Below are positions 39,728 to 49,828 of a stretch of 64,000 nucleotides of DNA, piece by piece (position 1 is the stretch's first letter; every line of letters begins with the position of its first letter). Below the pieces are notes generated by a model that ran no database searches, was not told where the DNA came from, and saw only the letters and a list, made by a program, of their open reading frames with translations. This DNA is from Candidatus Bathyarchaeota archaeon. GTDB taxonomy: Archaea > Thermoproteota > Bathyarchaeia > Bathyarchaeales > Bathycorpusculaceae. The translations under genes and the position numbers were made by a program. The stretch lies in the NCBI GenBank assembly GCA_963828195.1, contig CAWHDT010000005.1, positions 224,001 to 288,000 of the forward strand. The letters are read 5' to 3'.

Positions 39728-40404
39728 CAACTAGAATCTGCGTTTCGATTCTCCCAAAAGACATCGAGGAAGCATTAAGTCTCATCGAGACAGCTGAAAA
39801 AGAAAAGGCAAACCTCGTAGAAGTAAGACTGGACCACCTTGGAGCAGCCAGAAACCTAAAGGATCTTGTTAAAAGCACAAAAATTCCTCTAATCGCAACA
39901 AACAAGCTCTTAATTGAAAACGGCTTTTTTGGTGGAACAGAAACAGCGCGGCAGCAAACGTTATTTTTGGCTGCTAAAAACGGTTTTGAATATGTAGATG
40001 TTGACTTAGGCGGCTTAAAACTTAAAGAAACAATCGGTGAACTCAAGCCTTTAGGCGCTAAACTAATCGTTTCCTACCACAACTTTAACGGCACATTAAA
40101 CATTTCTGAAATGGTAAAAATTCTGGAAGAAGAAATGGCTTGCGGCGCTAATGTCTGCAAAATCGTGACGACAGCAAATAAAATGGAAGATAACCTTGCA
40201 ATGCTGAATTTTGTTTCCGCCATGTCCAGCAAGACTAAGCTTGTCTGTTTCTGCATGGGCGAGCAAGGAAAAGTTTCCAGGCTTCTTTCGCCGTTGTTCG
40301 GTGCCTTCTTCACGTTTGCTTCTTTGAAGCAGGGCAGTGAAACCGCTGCAGGTCAAATGACTGTTCAGGAAATGAGGGCGACCTACGACCTCTTGGGGGC
40401 ATAA
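39724..40404 (+). CDS. aroD: type I 3-dehydroquinate dehydratase
   Basis: EVRLD, SYHNF, KIV, MGEQGKVSR, AAGQ. Confidence 0.92.
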   Translation: MTTRICVSILPKDIEEALSLIETAEKEKANLVEVRLDHLGAARNLKDLVKSTKIPLIATNKLLIENGFFGGTETARQQTLFLAAKNGFEYVDVDLGGLKLKETIGELKPLGAKLIVSYHNFNGTLNISEMVKILEEEMACGANVCKIVTTANKMEDNLAMLNFVSAMSSKTKLVCFCMGEQGKVSRLLSPLFGAFFTFASLKQGSETAAGQMTVQEMRATYDLLGA

Positions 40405-40407
40405 ATC

Positions 40408-41271
40408 ATGGTTATTTCAGGAAAAACCCAGGTTTGCGGAGTAATCGGTGACCCCATAGAGCACACTCTTAGCCCAATTATTCATAATGCGGCGTTTGAG
40501 GCTTTGAAAATAAACTATGTTTTTTTAGCCTTCAGAGTAAAATCCGCGGAGGTTGAAAACGCGGTAAAGGGCATGCGCGCATTAAGCATCCACGGCTTAA
40601 ACGTAACTATGCCGCATAAAAACGCCGTCATAAAATTCTTGGATGAAGTGGACCCCACTGGCAAAGCCATAGGTTCCGTCAACACTATCCTGAACAAAGA
40701 TGGGCGCCTTCTCGGGTTCAACACGGACGGCGTCGGAGCCCTAACTGCGCTGGAACAAAACGGCGTCGAGCTAAAAGGTAAAAAGGTGCTGTTGCTTGGA
40801 GCAGGCGGCGCCGCAAAAGCAATAGCGTACACGCTCTCGCAAGACGCAGATGAACTGGTAATTTTGAACCGCACACCTGAACCAGCCTCCGAATTAGCCG
40901 GGCTATTGAAACAAAAGTTCAACAAAAAAATCAGCGCAGACAAGCTCTCGCCAAACGCAGTAAAAGATAACCTCGGTAACTCCGAAGTGCTCATTAACGC
41001 CACTTCAATCGGGATGAAACCAAACGCCGATCAAACCCCAGTTGCACCCGAATGGCTCAGACCTGACTTGGCAGTGATGGACATAGTGTATAATCCAATT
41101 GAGACGAAGCTCGCTAAAGATGCTAAAGCGGCAGGAGCCAAAGTCGTGGGCGGAGTGGAAATGCTGATTTCTCAAGGCGCCGTTTCGTTCGAAATCTTCA
41201 CTGCTTGCAAGGCGCCAGTTGCGGTTATGAGGAAGGCAGCGCTTAATCACTTGCGGACGGTGCAGAAGTGA
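40408..41271 (+). CDS. aroE: shikimate dehydrogenase
   Basis: HTLSP, NVTMPHK, NTDG, GAGGAA, DIVYNP. Confidence 0.95.
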   Translation: MVISGKTQVCGVIGDPIEHTLSPIIHNAAFEALKINYVFLAFRVKSAEVENAVKGMRALSIHGLNVTMPHKNAVIKFLDEVDPTGKAIGSVNTILNKDGRLLGFNTDGVGALTALEQNGVELKGKKVLLLGAGGAAKAIAYTLSQDADELVILNRTPEPASELAGLLKQKFNKKISADKLSPNAVKDNLGNSEVLINATSIGMKPNADQTPVAPEWLRPDLAVMDIVYNPIETKLAKDAKAAGAKVVGGVEMLISQGAVSFEIFTACKAPVAVMRKAALNHLRTVQK

Positions 41272-42137
41272 CTGGGAAAGCGACGGCTATAGCTCATGGC
41301 GCGGCAACAATCGTGAATGCAATGGCGCTTGGCAAGGGCGCAGCATTCGGGGTTGACCTGTGGACTAAAGCCGAAGTAAAATTAACAGATGAACCCCATG
41401 TTATCAAGGCAGAAATAACCTCTGACCCCAAAGAAAACACCGCTTTAACCGAAAAAACCGTGATGCGGGTTCTGCGGCGGTTCAGCTTAGAGAACAGTTT
41501 TGGCGCCCAAGTAAAAACTTGGTCAAATATCCCTATCGCTAAAGGACTTAAAAGCAGCAGCACAGCCGCAAACGCAGTAGCCCTGGCAGCTACGGCAGCG
41601 TTGGACAAAACGCTTAGCGACTTAGAACTTGTCAATTTAGGCGTGGATGCTGCTTTTGACGCCAAAGTGACTGTAACAGGCGCTTTTGATGATGCATCTG
41701 CGTCATTCTTCGGCGGAGCAGTTATTACTGACAATTTGAATCGGGAAATAGTTAAGCAGTTGCCGTTGGCTGAAGACTTAATTGTTCTTTTCCATGTGCC
41801 GCCCCAGAAAGCGTACTCAGCCAACGCTGACGTGGCGAGGCTTCAAACTGTGAAACCGCTTGTTGAAGTCGCCTACAAGCAAGCGCTGGAAGGCAAGGTT
41901 TGGGAGGCGTTAACGCTTAACGGCTTAATTTATTCTTCAGCCTTCGGGTACAACCCTTCAATCGCGATTGATGCGTTGGCTGCCGGAGCGGCGGCGGCTG
42001 GATTATGCGGCAAAGGACCTGCGGTGACGGCGGTTACGCCCAGGGGCAAAGTTGATTCCGTGAAAACAGCACTGCAAAAATATGACGGCACAATAATACA
42101 GGCTAACATTAACCGTGAAAAAGCCAAGGTGCTCTAG
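41268..42137 (+). CDS. aroK: archaeal shikimate kinase (GHMP family)
   Basis: GAATIVNA, PIAKGLKSSS, TGAFDD, GKGPA. Confidence 0.92.
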   Translation: MTGKATAIAHGAATIVNAMALGKGAAFGVDLWTKAEVKLTDEPHVIKAEITSDPKENTALTEKTVMRVLRRFSLENSFGAQVKTWSNIPIAKGLKSSSTAANAVALAATAALDKTLSDLELVNLGVDAAFDAKVTVTGAFDDASASFFGGAVITDNLNREIVKQLPLAEDLIVLFHVPPQKAYSANADVARLQTVKPLVEVAYKQALEGKVWEALTLNGLIYSSAFGYNPSIAIDALAAGAAAAGLCGKGPAVTAVTPRGKVDSVKTALQKYDGTIIQANINREKAKVL

Positions 42138-42140
42138 CCA

Positions 42141-43445
42141 ATGACAAACATAATCATTAAGAAAACTGAAAAACTAAACGGCGAGGTTTGTGCTCCGCCA
42201 TCAAAGTCTTACACACAGAGAATGGCAATAGCCGCTGCACTGTCCGAGGGAGTTTCCAAAGTGTCAAATCCGCTTTTGTCAGAAGACACCCAAGCAACCC
42301 TGCGAGCCATCACTGCTTTAGGCGCCAACGTGGCGGCGGCTGAAGGCTGCTGGACTATTACGGGCGCAAACCCGCTTACAAACGCCAAAGAGCCTATTAA
42401 CTGCGGTGAATCAGGCGCCACATTGCGTTTCATGATACCTGTAGCGGCTTTACCGCCTGACCCATCAACTCTAATTTTTAAAGGTTCAATTGAACATAGA
42501 CCCATCGAACCATTAATCAAAAGTCTCGAGGAACTCGGGGCAAAAGCGCATCTGCGAAAACTTGGGGGCAAAGACGCCGTTGTAGTCGAGGGCGGCGGCA
42601 TCTTAGGAGGCGAAACCTCCATTCCGGGAGATGTCAGTTCCCAGTTTATTTCAGGATTAATGCTTGCCTGCCCAATGGCAAAAGTGGACACAGAAATCAC
42701 CCTAACGACTCCCCTTGAATCCGCGGATTACGTTAAAATGACGAGTGATGTTCTTTTTAAGCATGCGATTCAATTGGAAATTCACGACAACTTTAAACTC
42801 ATAAAGATCCCCGCTAACCAAACCTACAAGGCTGTTGACTGCAGAGTGCAAGGTGATTTTTCTTCAGCTGCATTCCTCCTCTCTGCCGCAGCAATAACAA
42901 GCTCCAAAGTTCAGGTAAGTAATCTTGAATACAAAAGTGTTCAAGGCGACAAGGCAATTCTGGGAATCCTAAAGCAAATGGGAATCGAAGGAAAAGTATG
43001 CCCCAGCAGCATCGAAATAAACGGAACCGGCAATTCGCTTGGACCCGTCAATGTTGACGCAAAAAATATTCCTGACTTAGTTCCAGCCTGCGCCGCGCTT
43101 GCATGCTACGCCGAAGGCACATCAAAAATCAGCGGTGCACAAAGGCTCAAACTTAAGGAGTCGGATAGGTTGAAGTCGCTTTATCTTGAGTTGAGAAAGA
43201 TGGGCGCAAAAATAAAGGCAGATTCAAGCAGCTTAACTATAGAAGGCCCCTGTGCCCTGCATGGCGCAGTAATTGACCCCCACAACGACCACCGCATAGC
43301 GATGGCCTGCGCGGTTGCAGCTTTAGGTGCGGAAGGCCAAACTACAATTCAACACGCTGAGTGTGTTCGAAAGTCTTATCCGCAGTTCTTCACTCATCTA
43401 AAACAGGTAGGAGCTGAAATTGTTGGCGGGAAATTCGATTGGTAA
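42141..43445 (+). CDS. aroA: EPSP synthase
   Basis: PPSKSYTQR, GESGATLRF, SSQFISG, KESDR, DHRIAM, KSYPQF. Confidence 0.96.
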   Translation: MTNIIIKKTEKLNGEVCAPPSKSYTQRMAIAAALSEGVSKVSNPLLSEDTQATLRAITALGANVAAAEGCWTITGANPLTNAKEPINCGESGATLRFMIPVAALPPDPSTLIFKGSIEHRPIEPLIKSLEELGAKAHLRKLGGKDAVVVEGGGILGGETSIPGDVSSQFISGLMLACPMAKVDTEITLTTPLESADYVKMTSDVLFKHAIQLEIHDNFKLIKIPANQTYKAVDCRVQGDFSSAAFLLSAAAITSSKVQVSNLEYKSVQGDKAILGILKQMGIEGKVCPSSIEINGTGNSLGPVNVDAKNIPDLVPACAALACYAEGTSKISGAQRLKLKESDRLKSLYLELRKMGAKIKADSSSLTIEGPCALHGAVIDPHNDHRIAMACAVAALGAEGQTTIQHAECVRKSYPQFFTHLKQVGAEIVGGKFDW

Positions 43446-44529
43446 AGAATTCACAGTAACCACTTTCGGCGAAAGCCACGGCAGCGTCGTCGGCGTAGTC
43501 GTCGATGGCTGCCCAGCAGGGTTGCGCTTCTCCGAAGCAGATATTCAAGCAGAACTGGATAGACGCATTCCACCGGAACCCAAAATTGTTTCGGGAAGAA
43601 TCGAAAAAGACTCAGCCAAAATATTGTCAGGAGTTTTTAACGGTTTCACAACTGGCGCCCCAATAGCTTTAATCGTTGAAAACAAGGATGTTGACTCAAG
43701 CAATTACGAGGCAATCAAGGATTTACCACGGCCCGGGCATGCAGACTACCCAGCAAGCATAAAGTATGGAGGCTTTAACGATTACCGAGGCGGCGGACGC
43801 TTCTCAGGCAGGCTTACAGTCGCACTTATCATGGCCGGCGCGGTAGCCAAAAAACTGCTGAGCAGATTCGACGTTGACGTTTTAGCTTACACCCGAGCAG
43901 TTGGCAAAATTAAAAGTGATAAAGCGTTTACTGCTGAAGAAATCCGCAACAACAGGTACAAAGCGGTTACTCGATGTCCAGACTTTGCCTGTGCAGAAAG
44001 AATGGAAGAAGCCATCGTTGCCGCGAGAAAAGAGGGGGATAGTCTCGGAGGAATAGTTGAATGCATTGCCCTAAATGTCCCCGTAGGCGTTGGTGAGCCA
44101 CTGTTTGATTCGCTTGATGCGGATTTGGCAAAAGCCCTGTTTGATGTTCCCGCCGTAAAAGGTGTCGAGTTCGGCTTGGGCTTTAGAGCTTCAGAGTTAA
44201 AGGGCTCAGAAAACAACGACGCCTACTTTATGCAAAGCGGCAAAGTTGCAACGTCAACGGATAATGCAGGGGGCATCTTGGGAGGAATATCCACTGGAAT
44301 GCCAATCATGATGCAAGTTGCCATTAAACCAACTCCTTCAATCAACAAAGAACAAAAAACTGTTAATCTGTCTAAGATGGAAAATGCACGCCTCAGCATT
44401 AAGGGCAGGCATGACCCATGTGTGGTCCCGAAGGCTGTGCCCGCCGTGGAATCCGCGGTCGCCATAACCTTAGCTGACCATATGATTCGCGCTGGCTTTA
44501 TACCGAAAGTTTTGGAGAGACAGAAATAA
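43420..44529 (+). CDS. aroC: chorismate synthase
   Basis: FGESHG, PRPGHAD, GGGRFSGR, KPTPSI, GRHDPC. Confidence 0.96.
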   Translation: MLAGNSIGKEFTVTTFGESHGSVVGVVVDGCPAGLRFSEADIQAELDRRIPPEPKIVSGRIEKDSAKILSGVFNGFTTGAPIALIVENKDVDSSNYEAIKDLPRPGHADYPASIKYGGFNDYRGGGRFSGRLTVALIMAGAVAKKLLSRFDVDVLAYTRAVGKIKSDKAFTAEEIRNNRYKAVTRCPDFACAERMEEAIVAARKEGDSLGGIVECIALNVPVGVGEPLFDSLDADLAKALFDVPAVKGVEFGLGFRASELKGSENNDAYFMQSGKVATSTDNAGGILGGISTGMPIMMQVAIKPTPSINKEQKTVNLSKMENARLSIKGRHDPCVVPKAVPAVESAVAITLADHMIRAGFIPKVLERQK

Positions 44530-44801
44530 TGGATGAAATCCAACAGCTTCGAAAAAAAGTAGACCAAGTTGACATGCAAATACTAAATGCCCTAAACGAA
44601 AGAGCCAAAATATGCAGAACTATCGGGTTAGCCAAGAAAAAAGTGGGGATGGAAATAAGGGACACTTCCAGAGAAAACGAGGTGTATAAGCGAGTTAAGG
44701 AAAAAGCGGTTGAATTTCATCTGGACCCCCTGCAAGTTGAAGCGGTTTACCGCGAAATAGTTAATATGTGCAGTGCTGTTCAAGAGGGGAAAGAACTCTA
44801 A
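44529..44801 (+). CDS. chorismate mutase (AroQ type)
   Basis: LRKKVDQVD, ER, K, RE pattern; operon context. Confidence 0.88.
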   Translation: MDEIQQLRKKVDQVDMQILNALNERAKICRTIGLAKKKVGMEIRDTSRENEVYKRVKEKAVEFHLDPLQVEAVYREIVNMCSAVQEGKEL

Positions 44802-44815
44802 CGGAGAGTTGATCT

Positions 44816-45895
44816 GTGCTTTACGAAATAAATGAGAAAGCCATAAGGCTCGAAAATCAAGGCAAAAAAATAATCCGCTTAAACCTAGGAGACCCAGACT
44901 TAGCTACGCCAAACGAGATAATTGAAGCTGCGTACGCGGCGATGAAGGCGGGCAAAACAAAGTATTCTTCCTCTTACGGCGAAACCAACCTCAGAGAAAA
45001 GCTCGCCGAATTCCACGGAGTTAAAGCTGAAAATGTTGTTATCACTCCTGGTTCAAAATGGGGCATATTCGCTACAATGTATCTTATGTTGAAGGCTGGG
45101 GGAAACGTTATAATTCCCATGCCTTACTGGACAGCTTATGATTTAATCGCTAAAAGCCTTGGTGCTCAAACCAAACTTTTAAAGACCGAGATGGAAAATG
45201 GCTGGAAAGTAGATTTAGACAAGCTTGAAGCCATGATTGACAGCAACACCCGCATGATTATACTTAACAATCCGAACAATCCGACAAGCAAAGTCATGGA
45301 TACTGAAACACTTGACGGCATAGTTGAGATAGCCAACAGGAAAGGCGTTACAATATTGTCCGATGAGGTTTATGGCACAATCAGTTTCGTTAAATCAAAA
45401 AGCATCTTAGAGTACAACGGCAACCACAAACACATCTTAACCACTGGCTTCTCCAAAACCTTCACCATGACAGGCTGGCGAATAGGCTACATCGTGGCAA
45501 ACAAAGAGTTAGTCAACAACATAACCAAGCTAAACCAAATCACAATCAACAACGTCCCAGTTTTTATTCAGGAAGCAGCGCTAAAAGGGCTAGAAATGCA
45601 GAAACAACTTGCCACAAAAATAAAGAAGGAATATGAAGAACGCGCAAAAATGGCAAGCAAAACCTTAGCCAAAGCAGGATTCTTATTCACTGAGCCTGAA
45701 GCGCCGTTCTACGTGTTTCCCATGCATAAGGGTTTAAACTCGGAAAAATTCACTTTAGAACTGCTTGACAAGGGCGTAGCCGTTGCTCCAGGCACAGCCT
45801 TCGGCGATTATAGTGAGCATTTTCGCATTTCCTTAACCGCGCCGAGAGATCAAATTAAGGTCGGGTTGGAAAAAATCAGCGAGGCTCTTGAATGA
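44816..45895 (+). CDS. class I/II PLP aminotransferase (aromatic/aspartate)
   Basis: NNPNNPT, SDEVY, FSKTFTMTGWRIGY. Confidence 0.92.
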   Translation: MLYEINEKAIRLENQGKKIIRLNLGDPDLATPNEIIEAAYAAMKAGKTKYSSSYGETNLREKLAEFHGVKAENVVITPGSKWGIFATMYLMLKAGGNVIIPMPYWTAYDLIAKSLGAQTKLLKTEMENGWKVDLDKLEAMIDSNTRMIILNNPNNPTSKVMDTETLDGIVEIANRKGVTILSDEVYGTISFVKSKSILEYNGNHKHILTTGFSKTFTMTGWRIGYIVANKELVNNITKLNQITINNVPVFIQEAALKGLEMQKQLATKIKKEYEERAKMASKTLAKAGFLFTEPEAPFYVFPMHKGLNSEKFTLELLDKGVAVAPGTAFGDYSEHFRISLTAPRDQIKVGLEKISEALE

Positions 45896-46764
45896 AAACC
45901 GCGATTCTAGGCGCCGGAAAGATGGGTGTCTGGTTCGCGAAATTCTGCAAAGAAAGCGGCGAGACAGTTGTTCTCGCTGACCGAAAAGCAGAGAAGTTGC
46001 CGAAACTGGCTAAGGAATTGGGAGTTGAAACCGCAGTCAGCTTCACTGAAGCCGTCAAAGATGCAGAGCTTATTATAGTATGCGTTTCAATAAGCAGCTT
46101 TGAAGAAGTCATCAAAACTATAGCCCCCAGCATCAGAAACGAACAAGTGGTAATGGATATCTGTTCAATCAAAGAGTATCCTGTCAGGGTAATGCATGAG
46201 AACATCAAACATGGCTTAGTTTTGGGCACTCACCCGCTTTTTGGTCCAGGAAGCAGCGGCGTCAAAGGAAAAGCATACATTTTGACTCCCACCAACCCTG
46301 AAGAAGAAAAATACGCTTTCAAATTCAAGGGGTGGCTGGAAAAGGTGGAAGCACATGTTTTTATTATGTCTCCTAAAAAGCATGATGAGTTGATTTCAGT
46401 TGTTTTGGGGTTGCCGCATTTCTTGGGGCTTGCCGCCTGCGAGGCGCTTGTGGAACGCAAAGATTTTGCAGAGACAAAAGAGGTTGCCGGAACCACTTAT
46501 CGGATGCTGTTCACTTTGGCAGAAGTTACAGCGCTGGAAACCCCCGACCTATATGCTAACCTTCAAACGAAACTGTCTGATTTTTCAATCGAAGACTTGT
46601 TTATGGCTAAAGCTAAAGAGTGGCTTGAACTGGTTAAAAGCGGAGATGCAGACGCAATCATGAAACGCATGGAGCAGCTAAAGGCAAAGTTGACTGAAGC
46701 TGACCCAGACTTCACCAAATCATACGAAGCAATGTACCGCATGCTTGAAGCTGCAGAAAAATAG
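45892..46764 (+). CDS. tyrA: prephenate dehydrogenase
   Basis: GAGKMG, DICSIK, HPLFGP, HD, LPH. Confidence 0.92.
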   Translation: MKTAILGAGKMGVWFAKFCKESGETVVLADRKAEKLPKLAKELGVETAVSFTEAVKDAELIIVCVSISSFEEVIKTIAPSIRNEQVVMDICSIKEYPVRVMHENIKHGLVLGTHPLFGPGSSGVKGKAYILTPTNPEEEKYAFKFKGWLEKVEAHVFIMSPKKHDELISVVLGLPHFLGLAACEALVERKDFAETKEVAGTTYRMLFTLAEVTALETPDLYANLQTKLSDFSIEDLFMAKAKEWLELVKSGDADAIMKRMEQLKAKLTEADPDFTKSYEAMYRMLEAAEK

Positions 46765-46772
46765 GGAAATTT

Positions 46773-47405
46773 TTGACTAAATCATTAATTGTCAACTGCT
46801 CTTTGAAAGGCAACAAAAATGAAGCCCTACGTGAAGCTGTTGGCAAATTTAGCGACTATACCGTCATTCAATTTCAAGATATCAATAAAGGTTACCGCAT
46901 TGGACAGAGTATTGACGCTATCATCTTGAGTGGGTCTGTAGCGAGGATAGTCGATCCATCCGACCAGAGCTTATTCAGAGAAACGGCTGATTTGATAAAA
47001 ACCTGCAGCTTGCCCATCTTCGGCACTTGTTTTGGTCATCAACTGCTCTGTTGGGCATTTGGCGCCAAAGTCGGGTCGCTCGCTCAACCCGTTTTTGACC
47101 GATTTGAAAGGGTTCGGGTTGTGGATAATGAAGATGATGATGGAGTATTTTCAGGCTTTCCAAAGGGGCAAACAGTACCCTTGGCTGAGTCACACTACGA
47201 TTACGTCTTAAAAGAAAGCCTCGTTGAGGCCGGTTTCGTTTTGCTGGCGGATTCAGCTTCATGCGAAGTCGAAGCCGTCAAGCACAAAACCAAACCTTTC
47301 TATGGAGTCCAATTCCACCCCGAACGCATAAACCAAAAAGGCCAATGCCATCCTGAAGGGCACAAAATCATAGAGAACTTTTACCGAAACGTCGTAGAGC
47401 GGTAG
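46773..47405 (+). CDS. type 1 glutamine amidotransferase
   Basis: GTCFGHQ, SHYD, GVQFHPE. Confidence 0.88.
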   Translation: MTKSLIVNCSLKGNKNEALREAVGKFSDYTVIQFQDINKGYRIGQSIDAIILSGSVARIVDPSDQSLFRETADLIKTCSLPIFGTCFGHQLLCWAFGAKVGSLAQPVFDRFERVRVVDNEDDDGVFSGFPKGQTVPLAESHYDYVLKESLVEAGFVLLADSASCEVEAVKHKTKPFYGVQFHPERINQKGQCHPEGHKIIENFYRNVVER

Positions 47406-47494
47406 CCATTGGTATTGGCACATTTTTGTTACATATGTAACAAATTCGTTCCAATGTTAACCCCAAAGCTTCATCAAAACAAGAAAACAAAATT

Positions 47495-48307
47495 TTAGAT
47501 GACTCTTGGGTAGGAGCCCAGGATTTTGACGAATGTAGCGTATTTCTCCAGCGCCTGCAGGGCTTCAGCACAGCGTTTTTCGGTCCTGTGGCCCTCAAAA
47601 TCCAAGTAGAAATTGTATTGCCACGCGGTGGTTTTTGTGGGTCTGGATTCAATTTTTGTCAAGTTAATGTTTCTTGATGCAAACTCGCCGAGCGCATGAT
47701 AGAGGACTCCCGGCTGGTGTTTAGTTGAGAATATGATTGAGGTTTTATCGTCGCCGGTGGGCGCAGCATCTTCGAAGCTAAGCACCAGGAACCGCGTGTA
47801 GTTCGTTAGGTTGTCGGAGATGTCGCGGGCGAGGATTTTCATGCCGTAGAGGTCAGCTGCTTTTTCGCCGGCGATGGCGGCGGCGTCTGTGAGGTTTTGT
47901 TCTTTGATTATTTTGACCGCTCCTGCTGTGTCGTAGGCGGGGATGATTTCCCATTTGTGCTTTTCAAGATATTTGCGGCACTGAGCTAATGCTTGGGGAT
48001 GCGAGTAAACGGTTTTGATGTCTTCAAATTTGGCTGCTGGATTGCCGATGAGGACATGGGCAAGTTTTACGGCGACTTCCCCGCAGACTTTCAGGTCGTA
48101 GGTGAGGAATAGGTCGTAGTTTTGGTTGACGCTGCCTTCAATAGAGTTCTCAATCGGAACCACACCATGCGGTACAGCGCCTGTTTTTACTGATTCAAAG
48201 ACTTCTTGAAAATCTCTGCAGGGAACGGGCTCTGCTTTGCTGCCGAAAAACTTGTAGACAGCCATTTCACTGTAAGCGCCGCTTTCGCCCTGATAAGCTA
48301 TCTTCAC
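47495..48307 (-). CDS. pheA: prephenate dehydratase
   Basis: QGESGAYSE, PIENSIEG, SHPQALAQC, NYTRF, IESRP, LGSYP. Confidence 0.95.
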   Translation of the reverse strand: MKIAYQGESGAYSEMAVYKFFGSKAEPVPCRDFQEVFESVKTGAVPHGVVPIENSIEGSVNQNYDLFLTYDLKVCGEVAVKLAHVLIGNPAAKFEDIKTVYSHPQALAQCRKYLEKHKWEIIPAYDTAGAVKIIKEQNLTDAAAIAGEKAADLYGMKILARDISDNLTNYTRFLVLSFEDAAPTGDDKTSIIFSTKHQPGVLYHALGEFASRNINLTKIESRPTKTTAWQYNFYLDFEGHRTEKRCAEALQALEKYATFVKILGSYPRVI

Positions 48308-49824
48308 TTTTTGTTTCCCTGTTTATGTTTAAGCAGAAGCTTGTTTATACCGTTTATCATTGCTTCAACGCTTGCCATAACGATGTCTTCTCTGGCGGCG
48401 TATGCCGAAACAAGGTTGCCTTCCTCGTCCTCCACCTTAATGACTACTTCTGCTACAGCGTTTGAGCCTCCTGTGATTGCTTCTAAACGGTACTCTCTGA
48501 GCCGTATGTTTTCCATGTTATTGGTTATTTTTTGGATAGCTTTTAAAACGGCGTCAACTGGGCCGACGCCTGTTTCGGCGGCAATATATTCTTTCCCGTT
48601 CAAGATTAGCCTCACTGAAGCAGTCGGAATAACTTTAATTCCCGTCATAACGGCTAAGTCGCTTAAGTCAATGATTTTTTCTTCCCCAATCACTTCGCCC
48701 ATGACCGCTGAAGTTAACGCAAATAAATCAGCATCCGTAACCATTTTACCCTTATCGCCTAACTCTTTAACACGCTGGACAATTTCCTGCAGTTGCCGCT
48801 CTGTCGGGTGGATGCCTATTTCTTCCAGTTCAGCTTTTATGCCGCTTGTTCCAGCAAGTTTTCCCGCAACTAATTTCCTTGTGCGCCCGACTAACTCAGG
48901 TTTTATCGGCTCAAAGGTCAGTGGCTTCTCTGTTACTCCGCGAGTGTGAATGCCTGATTCGTGGGCAAAAGCGTTTTCTCCTACAATCGCCTTGTTAGCT
49001 TGCACATTTATGCCGGTCAATGACGAAACCAGCCTGGAAGTGCTGTATAATAACCGCGTGTTTACGCCTGTCCTGTACTTGTAAATCAGATGCAAAGCCA
49101 TAACCACTTCCTCAAGTGAAGCGTTTCCAGCGCGCTCACCTAACCCGTTGACAGCAACATGCACCTGATCGGCGCCAGCTTCGACTGCGGCTAAGGAGTT
49201 TGCAACGGCTAAACCAAAATCGTCGTGGCAATGGGTGCTGATGGGAACGTTAACTACAGTTTTTAGTTCTTCAATGAGTTTGATGGTTGTTTTGGGAATC
49301 ATGATGCCTACAGTGTCGGGAACGTTTAGGGTGTCCATTCCTGCTTTCTCAGCTGCTCGGCAAACATGCTTTAAGAATGCAGGTTCTGAGCGCGTGGCAT
49401 CCATTGGCGAAAACTCGCATTTGAAACCATGCTTCTTAACGTACTCGATCGATTCGACGGTTGCAGACAGCACCTGCTCAGGCGTTAAGTTCACGGCGTA
49501 CTTCATCTGCACGGGCGATGTGGGAATAAAAACGTGGATTAAGTCAACTTCGCATTCGATTGCGGCGTCAATATCGCCTTTTGTTGCACGCGTCAAAGCG
49601 CAGATTTCAGGTTTTAAACCTGAGTTTGCAATTTCTTTGACGACTTTTTTTTCGCCCTCAGAAGAACTTGGAAAACCTGCTTCGATAACGTCAACGCCTA
49701 GCTTGCTTAGTTGACCTGCAATCTCAATCTTGTCGTCTGCAGTTAAAGTAACGCCGGGGGTTTGTTCGCCGTCTCTTAATGTTGTGTCAAAAATACGGAT
49801 TTGCTTTGAGGTTTTATCTGTCAT
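48304..49824 (-). CDS. leuA: 2-isopropylmalate synthase (or citramalate synthase)
   Basis: DTTLRDGEQTPG, HCHDDFG, GERAGNA, HESGIH, GVGPVDA regulatory domain; LeuA and CimA cannot be told apart by eye. Confidence 0.85.
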   Translation of the reverse strand: MTDKTSKQIRIFDTTLRDGEQTPGVTLTADDKIEIAGQLSKLGVDVIEAGFPSSSEGEKKVVKEIANSGLKPEICALTRATKGDIDAAIECEVDLIHVFIPTSPVQMKYAVNLTPEQVLSATVESIEYVKKHGFKCEFSPMDATRSEPAFLKHVCRAAEKAGMDTLNVPDTVGIMIPKTTIKLIEELKTVVNVPISTHCHDDFGLAVANSLAAVEAGADQVHVAVNGLGERAGNASLEEVVMALHLIYKYRTGVNTRLLYSTSRLVSSLTGINVQANKAIVGENAFAHESGIHTRGVTEKPLTFEPIKPELVGRTRKLVAGKLAGTSGIKAELEEIGIHPTERQLQEIVQRVKELGDKGKMVTDADLFALTSAVMGEVIGEEKIIDLSDLAVMTGIKVIPTASVRLILNGKEYIAAETGVGPVDAVLKAIQKITNNMENIRLREYRLEAITGGSNAVAEVVIKVEDEEGNLVSAYAAREDIVMASVEAMINGINKLLLKHKQGNKK

Positions 49825-49828
49825 TTTT

